Shown here piece after piece: positions 13,760-26,785 of a stretch of 64,000 bases of DNA. Numbering within the stretch: position 1 is the first letter of the stretch; each line of letters opens with the position of its first letter. Below the pieces are notes generated by a model. It saw only the letters and a program-made list of their open reading frames with translations. It did no database searches and was not told where the DNA came from. Origin of the DNA: Podarcis muralis (taxonomy: Eukaryota); contig NC_135660.1 of NCBI RefSeq assembly GCF_964188315.1, forward strand, positions 47,368,001-47,432,000. The letters run 5' to 3'. A program made the position numbers and the translations under genes.

Positions 13760-15744
13760 AAAGTACTTAATTATGGAATAGCAAATGGCGTAAAAGGAGA
13801 GCAGCAGCATCTGTGCTTAGACAAGGGAGCTGAGTGCCACATCCAATGCTATCCTTACAGAGATAGCAAGGGGCTCATATGAAAATGGATTCATTTTTTA
13901 AGCAACTCTGCAATTCTAAATTCAGGGATGACTCTGGCTAGTTTCTTAAACTTTCATTTAAAAAAACAAAAGAACTGTCTCTGCTCTCTTCTGTGTGTGT
14001 GCTTGCTTATATGTCGGCATTTGTACATATTGAATTCATGCATCAATAGCCACTTTACAGTCTCCCCACCCCAAAAGGTGTGATGCAAAGGGGTGTTAAT
14101 AATTTGATGTCAAAACTACAGCAGTTTCACTGATCAAGTAACTGGTGTGAATGATTGGCAGATAGTCAATAGAGTGCCTGCTGAAGAGTGTCAAAACAAT
14201 CCATCACCACAGTACTATTGCTGCCAAAGATATTCACCTAGTACAGCATCTACAGTTGTATTGTGCCTAATAACAAATATGTAATATTTCAGTTCTGTTC
14301 TGCCGGGTGACCTCAGCCCCCAGGTTGGTAACAATGGAAAATTAATGGTTAGTTAATGAAACTAACTAATGGTTAGTTAATTTCTGTACAATGCCTTTGA
14401 AGAAAATGGTTATCAGGCAGAATGACATGCAGATATTACCCAGAGCATAGCCAACTGATTCAACACTTGTTATCCTAAACACACATCTATGGATACACTT
14501 TACATAAAACCTGTATGAGTTTGGCACACCTAGCATACTCTGAAGTTAAAGAGCTCAACAGAGCAATGGGTGTGAATAAACTCAGGAATTTTCCATCTGT
14601 AGATCTGGCAAACTCTGAACCACACAAAGACAATCTTCCCTGCGCCTGGCTTTGTCTTACCCATTTCTTAATGATTAGCTGGAAGTTAAGGTTAGGTCCT
14701 GTTCCACCTTATTTCCATTTGTGAAAGGACTTGCCACTGAGGACATCCCACAGCAGAGGCAAATCACCACTTCTAATAGTGATTCAGTATATGAGTGCTT
14801 TACAGCAGGAATAGCCAATGTGGTTATCTGCTATTGAACCACAACCTGCATTATGTCTGACTGTTGGCTATTCCGGCTGAGGCTGATGGAAGATCTACTC
14901 CAACAGCAACCAGAGGGTGCCATGTTGGGTAACCCCTGCTTTACAGCAACTTATCACATATTTTTGTCTGAATAATTCAAACATGCAGCTGATATTTTTC
15001 TGCTCTTTGGTAGGAGCAATCAGCTCTGCAACACTTGCCAAGTAGATACAGTCATCATTGGACATTTTTGCCAACAGTACTAGAAAACTTTTAACTGTAT
15101 TTACTTGCAGGAACAAAATTATAGCAGTTTAAAACAGGCTTTTTGGAAAGGTTAACTTCATTTATAATTGAGTGCATTTGATATTAATAAGTATAATAGA
15201 GCTGTATTTTCAACGTGGCACAGAGCTGCAGATTTTTTAATTATATATTAGCATGGTATTAAGCTGGTTTTATTTTCTGAGCACTGCGTCAATTGCTGTT
15301 GTTCCTTAAGAAGCATGATTATTCCCAAGATGATTATGCATTCAGATAAACAATCAATGACATTAATCAAAGAATGTTTTTAGTAGTGCCGAGTCAAAAC
15401 AGGGGCATCAGGAACACTTTTGTACCATCCGAAAAAGATACTCCCTTTTGATGTTTGTTTGAGGGGATCAAAAGGTTGTAAAATGTCAGCAAAAGAGTGA
15501 ACAAGTTGAGCTTTCTTAGTGTTTGGTAAGGGTGGGAGGATGTTCAGGGGATATCACTGCATACTGCATGTTCACTTCTGTGACAAGGAGTGCCACACAA
15601 AGCAGAAGTATGCAGTGATTTTCCACATTTCATCAAATGTTTAAGCTGCAGGCTAATGGGAAAAAACACCACAACATATTCTGGGAATAGATATTTATGC
15701 TTCATTACAGATCTCAGATATAGCTTAGACCTGCCAAATATATA

Positions 15745-15935
15745 CCTTCTCCTGGAAGAAAGGTACAGAAGTCCCACAGCACCACCTTCTGGGCCAAACC
15801 TTCTGGGAAGGACTGGAGGCACTGTAAGACCTTGCCTCCTAGTCCCACCCATGCCAGATGACCAAGAAGGCTCAATGGCATCAAAAGTGGCAGAGAAGGA
15901 CATGTTTTCCATATTCTTAAGGCACCCAGCTAAAT
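15745..15935 (-). pseudogene. Degraded L2 reverse-transcriptase fragment
   Basis: Minus frames give SFSATFDAIE (cf. L2 DLSAAFDTIDH), then after a frameshift LAWVGLGGKVLQCLQSFPEGLAQKVVL (cf. L2 LGVGGTALQWFRSFL...QKVVL). Confidence 0.65.
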
Positions 15936-16017
15936 CAAGGAACAAGTTACAAAGCCTTCGTTCCAAACGGGATTGGCCAGAAGCTGTTATTGGGAGATGG
16001 GGAGTTGCTGAAGTAAC

Positions 16018-16190
16018 CAGTGTGATGTAATGGTTGGAATGTTGGCCTAGGACTCTCAGTCTCAGTCATGAAATTCACATAGTGATCTTGCCTCACAGGG
16101 TTGTTGTGAGGATAAAATGAGGAGGAAAAGAACCATGTATTCCATCTTGTGCTCCTTGGAGGTAAAATGCAATCAATAAATAAATGAGAG
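16018..16190 (+). mobile_element. Ancient tRNA-derived/MIR-like SINE
   Basis: ccagtgtgatgtaatggttggaatg head, cctcacagggttgttgtgaggataaaatg core and (TAAA)n tail. Confidence 0.5.
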
Positions 16191-16567
16191 GTCGTGACCC
16201 CTCTCCTTGATAGGCGCTTTGCACCATGTAAAGTCTCAGGCATAATAGTTACTGTACTTTGCTTTGCATGGACTCAACTTCTACCTGATCCTTTTTACCT
16301 GGAGATGCCTGGGTATCTTCTTGGTACCTTCTGAAGATAGGATTTGATTCCTATCTCAACAGACTCACATATTCTCATTTAAATTAGCTACTACTTTATA
16401 TTAACTTCTGCTGTTTAATCCATTAGTTGCATTAGTTTTACAGCGTTACTGTATCCAGTGATTAACTGCAGCTCTGTTTTACTCCTGCCTAATCACAGCA
16501 TCCTGATCACAGCTCCTGATGTTGGTTGCTGGATTCTAAAACCCTGCTTTGGATTCCCATGCCACAG

Positions 16568-16569
<2 letters not shown>

Positions 16570-16604
<35 letters not shown>
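16570..16604. repeat. (TG)n microsatellite
   Basis: Direct reading. Confidence 0.97.
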
Positions 16605-16608
<4 letters not shown>

Positions 16609-17420
16609 AACAGTCCAGATTGCATTTAATTGACATGAAAGACCTATTTGTTTTCATGCTGTGAATAATCAACTGAAAAACTCACTTTCATTAGCTTTAT
16701 CAAACCATTGTTGGCAAACATCCTAAAGTTTCCATATAACATCTGCAAAAGTATTAAAACTAATTATGAAGCCATCTGGAATAAGAACAGAATATTTTTT
16801 TTCTTGATTTTTAAGGGGCCCTCCATGAATAACTGGCTTCATAATAAATGGAATGTCAAGCAAATGATTATAATAACAACAGCAGAATCATTGAGGAAGG
16901 ATGCAAGGAGATTTGCATCAAGAAAGTCACAATTGCTCATTAAGAGAGAAACATCACAGAGACACTGCCATCCACTGCTACCTAAGGTCTTCTTCATATG
17001 TCACATGCAGTGGCAAAGTTGCTGCCATCTGTGGCTCCACACTGCCCCCTTGTTCCCATGGAGGCCAGCGTTAGGTAGGGAGTGGGCCACAGTGAAGCAA
17101 ACAGTAGCAGCAGGCAGTCGTAAGTGAATATGTGAGACCTGTGCTGGATCTGTCCAACATTATGACCCCCTCTGCACTATACATTTCAAACAGTATCATA
17201 CCACCTTCAAAAATCATGAGTTTCCCCCAAAGAGTGCTGGGATCTGCAAATAAGTGTGCCGAGAATTGTTGGGAGACCTCTGTTCACTTCACAGAGCTGC
17301 AATTGCCACAATTCCCTGGGAAGAGGGGTTAATAGTTAAACCACAGTGAGAACTGCAGCTGAGACCACACTATCACAAAGCAATGCCCTCATTACAAGCA
17401 GGGCTGGCCCAATACATTTT

Positions 17421-19464
17421 TTTTTTTAATAGTTTTTATTGTATTTTTTCAGACATAGACAGAAGAAAGAAGAAAAAAGAAAAAAAAGACAAAAAGAAGA
17501 TAAAAAGAATCATAACCCTTCAACAACTTATTTCAACTTTCTATCGAACTTCCCCACATCTCCCGCACAATGCATTCTTAACAATAAATTTATCAGCAAG
17601 TTATAACCTTGTTTCATGTGTTTCTTTTATACTTTCAATTGCAGTTTAAGTTTAAATCCCTTATTGCCCATTTACTCTGAAAACAAAACATATTATCATT
17701 TTTAACATTTAAACTTTGATTCTTTCAATAATGTTATCCAATTTCATAAATGTTACACACTCATTGCTGGGGCTAGCATTTCAAATTATGCGTCATTTTA
17801 TAGTTCATATAACTTATAAAATTTTTGCAGATAGTTCTTAAATTTTTTCCAGTCCTCCTCCATTGCTTCTTCTCCCAGGTCTCGGATTCTGGCAGTCATT
17901 TCGGCCAACTCCATGTAGTCAATCAGTTGCGTTTGCCACTCTTCCAGTGTGGGCAAATCTTGAGTCTTCCAATATTTGGCGATCAAAATTCTTGCTGCCG
18001 TGGTGGCATACATAAAAAACGTTCTATCCTTCTTTAACACCCTTTGGCCGACAATACCCAAGAGGAAGGCCTCCGGTTTTTTAGGGAAGGTGTACTTAAA
18101 CACCTTTTTTAACTCGTTGTAGATCATTTCCCAGAAGGCCTTCACTCTTGGGCAAGTCCACCAAAGGTGAAAAAATGTTCCTTCAGCCTCCTTGCACTTC
18201 CAACATTTGTTATCAGACAAATGGTATATCTTAGCAAGCTTGACTGGGGTCATGTACCACCTGTATATCATTTTCATGATGTTTTCTTTCAAGGCATTAC
18301 ATGCCGTAAATTTCATACCGGTGGTCCATAACCTTTCCCAGTCTTCAAACATGATATTGTAACCAATGTCTTGAGCCCACTTTATCATGGCTGATTTAAC
18401 TGTCTCATCCTGTGTATTCCATTTAAGCAGCAAGTTATACATTCTCGATAATACCTTGGTCTTTGGTTCTAACAGCTCTGTCTCAAGTTTCGATTTTTCC
18501 ACCTGGAATCCTGTTTTTTTGTCTAACTTAACAACCTCGTTAATTTGGGCATAGTGAAACCAATCTTGCACCTTATCTTTTAAGTTTTCAAAGCTCCGCA
18601 ACCTCCAATTGTCACCAATTTTTTCTATTAGTTCCCAATATTTCGGCCAACCGGCCTCCATATTGGGTTTTTTCCACGCCTTGGCCTCCACTGGTGATAA
18701 CCACCTCGGAGTCTTACTTTCAAGTAAGTCTTTGTATTTCATCCAGACCATAAAGATTGCTTTCCTGACAATATGTTTTTTGAACATTCCATGTGTTTTT
18801 GCCTTGCCGTACCACAGATACGCATGCCATCCTAACAAATTGTTAAAACCTTCCAGGTCTAGGACATCTGTATTCTCTAATAAGATCCAATCTTTCAACC
18901 AGCAGAAGGCTGCCGCCTCGTAGTATAACCTTAAGTCCGGCAGGGCAAACCCCCCTCTTTCTTTTGCATCAGTTAGTATTTTAAACTTTATTCGGGGCTT
19001 TTTGCCCTGCCAGACAAACTTTGATATATCCCTCTGCCACTTTCCAAAACATTCCACTCTGTCCACGACCTGCAAGGTTTGAAATAAGAACAACATTTTT
19101 GGCAAGACATTCATCTTAACAGCAGCAATTCGGCCCAGCAAGGAAAGCTTCAGTCTCGACCAAGTTTCCAAATCTTTCTTAACTTCTGACCAGCATTTCT
19201 CATAATTGTCCTTAAACAAATTCAAATTTTTAGGCGTCAAGTTTACCCCCAGGTATTTCACTTTCTTAACCACAGTTAACTCTGTTTCCTTCTGAAACCC
19301 CTCTATTTCTAAAGGCGTCAAGTTTTTCCCCAAAACTTTAGTTTTTTGTTTGTTCAACTTAAATCCTGCCACCCGACCAAATTCTTGTATCAATTCCAGA
19401 ACTCTTTTTGTACTAGATTCTGGCTCCTGTAGTGTTATTACTAAGTCATCTGTGAATGCTTTCA
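17421..19464 (-). mobile_element. Young 5'-truncated L1-clade LINE
   Basis: Poly(A) at 17417-17427 with AATAAA at 17435-17440 (minus strand); perfect 16-bp TSD tggcccaatacatttt at 17405-17420 and 19465-19480; uninterrupted ORF2 3' half. Confidence 0.95.
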
Positions 19465-19477
19465 TGGCCCAATACAT
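17798..19477 (-). pseudogene. L1 ORF2 C-terminal fragment (RT C-terminal part plus Cys-rich domain), 559-codon open frame
   Basis: FTDD at the RT YADD position, KYLG motif, SLLGRIAAVKMNVLPK, RGGFALPDL and CWKC...H.WWTC knuckle. The first residues (MYWA) come from the TSD, so this is not a true start. Confidence 0.93.
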
Positions 19478-19656
19478 TTTAGCACCTGAGGCGACTCACA
19501 AAATGGCACCTCTCCTCACTACCACCAGGGAAGAAGGCATAAGTGAAGATCTACATCAGGAACAAGTGGGGAATAAAAATCTACATCGGGAATAGTTGTG
19601 GGGTGAGGAATCAAAACAACCTTATCTGATGTCATATAGACCTTATCTAAAATGTG

Positions 19657-20511
19657 GCTAACACCCCAGAGGACAGGAACACACTTCAAAACGACCTTGA
19701 CAGATTAGAGAACTGGGCCAAAACAAACAAGATGAACTTTAACAGGGAGAAATGTAAAGTATTGCACTTGGGCAAAAAAAATGAGAGGCACAAATACAAG
19801 ATGGGGGACACCTGGCTTGAGAGCAGTACATGTGAAAAGGATCTAGGAGTCTTGGTTGACCACAAACTTGACATGAGCCAACAGTGTGACGTGGCAGCTA
19901 AAAAAGCCAATGCAATTCTGGGCTGCATAAATAGGAGTATAGCATCTAGATCAAGGGAAGTAATAGTGCCACTGTATTCTACTCTGGTCACACCTCACCT
20001 GGAGTACTGTGTCCAGTTCTGGGCACCACAGTTCAAGAAGGACACTGACAAACTGGAACGTGTCCAGAGGAGGGCAACCAAAATGGTCAAAGGCCTGGAA
20101 ACGATGCCTTATGAGGAACGGCTAAGGGAGCTGGGCATGTTTAGCCTGGAGAAGAGGAGGTTAAGGGGTGATATGATAGCCATGTTCAAATATATAAAAG
20201 GATGTCATATAGAGGAGGGAGAAAGGTTGTTTTCTGCTGCTCCAGAGAAGCGGACACGGAGCAATGGATCCAAACTACAAGAAAGAAGATTCCACCTAAA
20301 CATTAGGAAGAACTTCCTGACAGTAAGAGCTGTTTGACAGTGGAATTTGCTGCCAAGGAGTGTGGTGGAGTCTCCTTCTTTGGAGGTCTTTAAGCAGAGG
20401 CTTGACAACCATATGTCAGGAGTGCTCTGATGGTGTTTCCTGCTTGGCAGGGGGTTGGACTCGATGGCCCTTGTGGTCTATTCCAACTCTATGATTCTAT
20501 GATTCTATGAT
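19657..20511 (+). mobile_element. CR1 LINE 3' fragment
   Basis: ORF LQNDLDRLENWA...KCKVLHLG...PHLEYCVQFW...RRLRGDMI; (ATTCTATG)n tail at about 20488-20511. Confidence 0.96.
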
Positions 20512-21844
20512 GGTTGAAGTGGGAATCAAAGGCCATCACTGGGTGTGGGGCTCACTCTGAATCATGCTGGGTGGGTTCAGACCCCAGGAGACCCCAGAAG
20601 GCAGCCCCTGCCATTTCCTCCCTAGGGGTGGGATGAAACCAGCAGTACCTCATATTCACAAAGAGTCCTTGAGGAGGCAGCATTGGAGCATGCCGCAGCC
20701 ATCACTACCATTGCAGCAGTGGCAGTGTTGAAGTCTGGTTGCAAAATTGTCGCAGTGCTAGAGAGGACACTTAGGAGCAATTGTGTCTTGAATTTCCTTG
20801 CATGGCTCAATAAAGAACTAGACTTAACTGCCAGCTCTAGCTACTTGAAACCCTCTGATTCTATTGTAACAGGTCCTCCACCTCTGCAAGTGTGGGGAGG
20901 GACTGGTGCTGTAAGATCAAACTTCACCATATGACGGCTTGTCTAGATTTATGGTGATGGAAGAATAACATGCACTGTGCAATTCCTTGGCTCTTAGCTC
21001 TAGGCCAGCTCTTAAACTTTCTGCAAGTTGACTATGATTTCCAAGTCCCTATTGCTACTAATTGAACAAGGGAAGAAACATGCCAGCCGTTGTTTGCCAT
21101 AAGACCAATTTCAGATGCATAAATGATAGATGCAGCCAGAAAGGCATTATCATAATCATTCCTCCATATAAATGTTTCAGATGTTGGAGTTCAGGCCTGT
21201 TAGCTCATGGCGAGACACTCACTGCTAAGCTACTGACTAAATGCATTAATATGGATTTCCCCCCGTTGTAATGAACTGGTGCTCTCAAGGTGAAAAAGAG
21301 CATGAACACATGGAAGGAGCCATGCAGTTCACTCCACAAAAGGAGAGCACTGAATTAGCAATGATACTTGGCCTGTGCACCCAGCGTGCCATTCTATGAT
21401 AAATGCCTAGGAGAGCCCAAACTGTCAGCTGTGTTCAGAGCTTGCTTCTGTTCCTGATATAGGAGACTACCTCTGCTATCAATAAGCAGCAGCTCCTTGC
21501 TTTTCACATAAGTACAGGTTTTTTTAAAAAAAAAGTGCTGGAGCAAAATGAAGCAGTGGTGTAGAAAACAGCAGGAACAAATCAGCATCCTTTGTCATAT
21601 CACCATGCACCAGGTCTGATGGATGTAACAGTACAGCATATTGATCTGAAACTCCTTTCCCCCTGCCCCAAACCAAGTGTTTGGTTAAAAATGTTTATTA
21701 GCAGCTGAGACTGTCCATCCACCCGCCCTGCTTTTTTATTTCTGTTCTTTAGTAGTTCTTAATTAATTTTCATGGATGGAATCCAAGGAGCTGCTCAGAG
21801 TTAGACAAAGATGCTTAGACTCACCCAGTGGAATTTTCCTTTGA

Positions 21845-21935
21845 ACAAGACTGCATCAACAGAAGTATAGTGTCCCAATCCAGGGAAATAATAGTACCAC
21901 TCTATTCTGCCTTGAGTCAGGCACATCTTGAGTCA
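21845..21935 (+). mobile_element. Old CR1 RT fragment
   Basis: Translates CINRSIVSQSREIIVPLYSAL, matching the young CR1 at about 19920-19990. Confidence 0.75.
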
Positions 21936-21939
21936 GGGC

Positions 21940-22098
21940 CAGTGGCGGGGCAACATGCTGCAGCCCCCGGAGCGGAGAACAGGCAGAGGCGTGGCTGGCA
22001 CAAATCCCGGAGGCGTGGCGCGCCATCCGCGATGGCACCCTTTTCCCAAATGGTACCCGGTGCAGTGTGCTCCCCCTGCCCCCCTCTGTACACCAATG
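21940..22098. mobile_element. hAT-type MITE
   Basis: Imperfect TIRs CAGTGGCG / CACCAATG; 8-bp TSD gtcagggc (21932-21939) / gtcagggg (22099-22106); GC- and CpG-rich interior. Confidence 0.7.
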
Positions 22099-23204
22099 GT
22101 CAGGGGTACCAACCTGAATAAAAATATTGTGAGGGGAGCAGGAAACTCCAGACAGGAGCCAATGGACCATAGCATCCCCCACAAAATGCCAAAGCTGGAT
22201 GGATCATTCCAATTTAATGTACGTCTTACGGCGATCCTTAACCCAGGATTGATACTGCGAAATTATCAACCAACAGATGGACTATATGATTCAGGATGCA
22301 CACCCAATGCCTACACCAAAACCTGCTGACATCTGTAACTGATAAAGTTGTGGCCTGCTAAATCCCAAGATATTTGTCCTATGATTATTTGCATATTCCA
22401 TGCCTTGGCCCCCACCAGCCGTGGACTCACTGGACTCACCTGCAATTGCAGGACCACTGGCACGTATTGCATTATTCTTAGTTGCTACACTATAGTGCCA
22501 ATCCATGAGAGAAGGTTGTTGCCTTCTTGTGCCCTGGGATGGGATGCTGACGGTTCCAGCAAGGGCAATTACTTGGCTAATAGAAGCCTATTGCTTTCCT
22601 TTTCCTCCATTTTTATGCCTGTTCAGGGAGGACACTGCTGTCAGCTGCTTTGAGCAAAAGGGATAAAAAGTTATGCGCAAAAGAGAGGCATAATAAACAT
22701 TTTCATTGCCAGCAGAAGTTTTAGCTCTGCTGCTCATAATGTAACAAAATGAAAATATCTGTCTTCTTACAAAAGAGGGAAGCTGTACAATCCATCAAAA
22801 TGTCATGGATCTCAGATCAGGGGCCCTAGCAGCCTGTCTGCATCTCTTTGCTTTCTGCAAACTAGGTCTGAAAAAGAGGCCATGATCCAACTAGCAATCA
22901 CTGTTCAGCAAGACCAGCTGTAAGCTGGAAATGTGAACACAGTGAGTGAAGGTTTGCTCTGCTGTCCCAGCAATCCCATGATGTAGAAGTCTGTGCTGGA
23001 GTATTATTCTGTGGAGCACAAGAAGTGGGCTTAGAACTGAGGGAAGGCACTAGAAACCTTTGTCACCTGCTCTATCTATAACTGAGCAATATCTCTCTCG
23101 TTCAAGAGGACAAGTTACCTTCCTTCTCTCTTGTTTTCATCCTGCCTGGCCTACAGGCTACTTATCTGGCCTGGCCTATAGACTACTTACCTAAATTTAG
23201 CACA

Positions 23205-23338
23205 TAGCCACGGCTTTTTTCAGCTGGAACTCAACTCCAGCACCTCTCAGGTGGGCGCCATTGCCATTCTAAGAGAACAAGAGAGAAGTTCACAGTGAGT
23301 TCCAGCACCTCTTTTTCTATAAAAATAGAAGTGTGCAT
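23205..23338. mobile_element. Short MITE-like repeat
   Basis: Internal duplicated ccagcacctct motif; ends tctataaaaatag; family call is from resemblance only. Confidence 0.4.
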
Positions 23339-24044
23339 AGCTAGCATTGGGCAGTGCAGAAGCATTAACAAAACAATGCTAAGAGCCCTCCTCTAGCATC
23401 CTCTTTCACAGAGTAGCCAGCCAGGGGCCCATAGAAGCCCACAGGCAGGGCATGAGTGCAATAGCCCTTTCTTGCCAATACTCCTCAGAGGCTGGTATTC
23501 TGAGGCATGCTGCCTCTGCTGCCATAGGTAGCCAACAGCCATCATGGCAAGTAGCCATTGAAAGCATTCTTGTTCATGGATTGGTCTAATCCCATTTTAA
23601 GCCATCTATGCTGATGGCCATTGTGGCATTAGTGATTTAAACCTGCCTGCTCTGCAGCGCAAATGTACACCATTCGATTGGATATCTGAAATGCATGCAG
23701 ATGAAGTGAGTTGTTTGAGCTTCTAAGGAGCATTTGGCTCGTGGATTTGCATTGATGGAAATGCAGCCTAGAATGTGACAGACAGGAAATATCTCTCCCT
23801 TCACTGGGGATCATGGTATATTGCAACTACTGCCAAAGGGAAGCTACTTCTGAGATTGGTACCACAGATTAACATACCCTTTTAAGAAAAAAGACTATGG
23901 GAAGAAACTAAAGGTACTCTAAGCATTTCAGTCAAGATCTGGGGTTCTCAACATGGCACCCATAGAATGGGTTTGGGATGTATTTTTGGAAGACACCTGT
24001 GTGTGAATTTGTTTTATGTGTGGAGAGCAGTGCATGCTGAAGAC

Positions 24045-24525
24045 AGGCAAAGACAGGCGAACTAATACCAGTGTACTGGAAGAAGGAAAGATCACCAATG
24101 TTGAAGCAATGATTCTTCAACATCAACTTCATTGGACTGGTCACGTTGTTCAGATGCCTGATTATCATCTTCCAAAGCAACTACTCTATTCCAAACTTTA
24201 AAATGGAAAGCATAATGCTGGTGGTCAACAAAAGAGGTTTAAAGACTCTCTCAAGGCAAATCTTTCAAAAAAGTAGTACAAACACTGACAACTGGTGGCC
24301 TGCGAGAACTCCAGTTGGAGAACAGCCTTTACCAAAGGTGGCATGGACTTTGAAGACACTCAAACTCAGGACAAAAGGGAGAAATGAGCTATGTAAGAAG
24401 AAGGCACGCTTGGCAAACCCTCACCATGATCAACTCCCACCTGGAAACCTATGTCCTCACTGTGGAAGGATGTGTGGATCCAGAATTGGCCTCCACAGTC
24501 ACCTACGGACACACTGCTAAGACCA
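24045..24525 (+). mobile_element. RTE-clade (non-BovB) LINE 3' fragment, frameshifted
   Basis: Translates RRTNTSVLEE...QLHWTGHVVQMPDYHLPKQLLYS and terminal CPHCGRMCGSRIGLHSHLRTH zinc finger, typical of RTE ORF ends. Confidence 0.88.
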
Positions 24526-25538
24526 TGTTCACCAAATAAGAAGACCCATGGAACCCAATGGCATTCCCAGAAAGCCCGCCTGGAGCCTTCCATTATATCC
24601 TCCCACTCCATTTTTAAAATTAAAAAATCTAGTATGTTTTTTGTTTGTATTGGAGTTGCCTTTTTATGGGAGGTGTTGCCTGATTTTTTTGTCTGTGTTC
24701 TTTTCGGAGGGGAGGTGTTTTATGTGCTTTAGTGGGGGGGATTCTGAGCATCACCAGTTTTCCTCCTGCAAAATGGGGATTTTAGTGGTGCCCACAGCAG
24801 CTCCGTAGATTTCCAAATGTTCCTCCAGACCTAAAACATTTGGGGATCCCTGGTCTAGACTGTCACTTCAGAGCACTAAACTAGAGTAGGTTCTACTAAC
24901 CTCCAGTGCTGCTCACTTGCCTGACTTTGAATAAATCTTCCATCCTTTACTTTTTTGACATATTAACAGCAAAGGAGAAACTAGACAAAGAAATATAAAA
25001 CATCTCATAAACTTGGAACTGTCTGGCTGGCTATATTTTAAAGTAAAAGTTTGGGCTATTTTTTATCTTGTTAGGCATCCAGATTCTTTCATTTGATATC
25101 AGTTTCTGTCTTCACACTGTGTGCCATTTTCTGTAGGTAAAAACCAGGTGCAAAGCAAAACAGAAAATTAAGACCAAGAAAATCACTGCTGGGAAGCTAA
25201 TTGTTTGAGCTTTAAAAGGTATTGCCAGATTGTATAACACACTTCTTCAATTTAGTTACTTAATGCTCATTTCTTGATATATCTCTAGCCCAAGGATGCT
25301 CTGCATGACAAACTAATTAACATCAAGGTGGGAATTAAATGCTACTCACTTAGTAATTTTGTGTTCTAGGCTATACTTCCAATCAAATTAGCACCTCGGC
25401 AACGTGAGATTTTTTTTATCAAGGAAGCATAAGTTCTGAAAAGAACCTCAATAAGATTTTGTTAAAGAAGCAGCTCAGCTCCTGTGCACATCTACTTTGA
25501 AGCAAGTTCCATTAGAGTCCATAGGACTTACTCCCAAG

Positions 25539-25940
25539 TAGGGATGGGCAAATCTATTTCAGTTCTTTCAGTTTCATATTTTTCCAATCTTACGTACACT
25601 TCTCCACATCAGTTTGCTTTTTTTTTGTAAGTGCTCAAAATTCATCAGCATTTTATGGTGAATTTCTCCCAATATACACATTCGTATCTGGTTTTGCCAA
25701 ATATACACATTTTTTCAAAGAACTATATTGTATGTTATTTTCACTAACAGATTCATTATTATTTACCATGTCAAACGCATTTTTGCACATGTTAGATGAC
25801 CAGAAAACTGCATTGCAAAATTTGGAGAACTGCACATTTTGACGTGTGGTTGTGTTTTCATTCAGGTATTGTTTCAGAAAGTGCAAATTATGTCAAGTGC
25901 CCCTTTAAATGAGAACCAACAACTATCCCTGCCCTACATC
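25539..25940 (-). mobile_element. Third, inverted copy of the 1259-1703 repeat family
   Basis: tagggatgggc start; reverse-complement similarity to 1400-1690; ends catccc. Confidence 0.5.
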
Positions 25941-26740
25941 CCAACTCTCAAGTAAGCATTTGTAAGATTTCAGTGTAAATCAACGCTATCAAAATTTTCG
26001 GGTTGGAGGTTTTTCCCCACAGGAATGTCGTTTTTCTAGATTCTTTTCACACAAAATTCACTTCTCACCTAAACCATGTCTTTCTGTTTAAAAGCCTGAC
26101 AACCACACAGCAATTAAATCTTATATAGACATTGTGATGTAAGAAACCAAGACTTCGATGAACTAAGGAGATAGCGGGTAAAAGCTCTGGGCCACAATCA
26201 TCCCATACATTTAAAACACTATGATGCCACCTTAGACAGTCATGGCTTTCCCCAAAGAATTCTGGGAGCTGTAGCTTGTTAAGGGTGCTGAGAGTTCTTA
26301 AGAATTCTTCATTCCCCTCTCAGAGCTACCATTCCCAGACCAGCTTAACAACCCTTCTTTGCAGAAAACTCTAAGAATTGTCACTTTGTGAAGACAATAG
26401 AGGTCTCCTAACAACCTGCATGTATGGTGTGAATGTGGCCCTGGTCTCTAGCCACAGCGAGTCACAGAGTCAAAGGTCATCATATACGCGCTATCTTCTG
26501 GTCCATTGGCCTTTTCCATTTCTCTTTTTGTAGGTAAGTGCTGCACATGTTTCCACATACTCTCAGGGCTGGATAATCACCTAGTTGCTGAGGTGCTCAA
26601 ACACGCCTTATCAAAATTATCCACCTTTTGATAAATGCACTGCTTTCCTGACAACTCACAGTGATCTTTTTTGTTATTAGGTCTGTAAAATCTTAAAATG
26701 ACATTCTTACTAATCTTTGGTCTGGAGCTATATTATTCGG

Positions 26741-26741
<1 letters not shown>

Positions 26742-26780
<39 letters not shown>
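26742..26780. repeat. (TG)n microsatellite
   Basis: Direct reading. Confidence 0.97.

Positions 26781-26785
<5 letters not shown>

Noticed and set aside
15544-15966. 140-aa minus ORF with apparent AG/GT splice sites, a possible host exon
   Set aside because: Two frames together match L2 reverse-transcriptase motifs across a frameshift, so this is a decayed LINE.
17421-20511. Single L1-CR1 chimeric element
   Set aside because: The L1 is closed by its own 16-bp TSD at 19465-19480; the CR1 begins about 175 bp later as an independent insertion.
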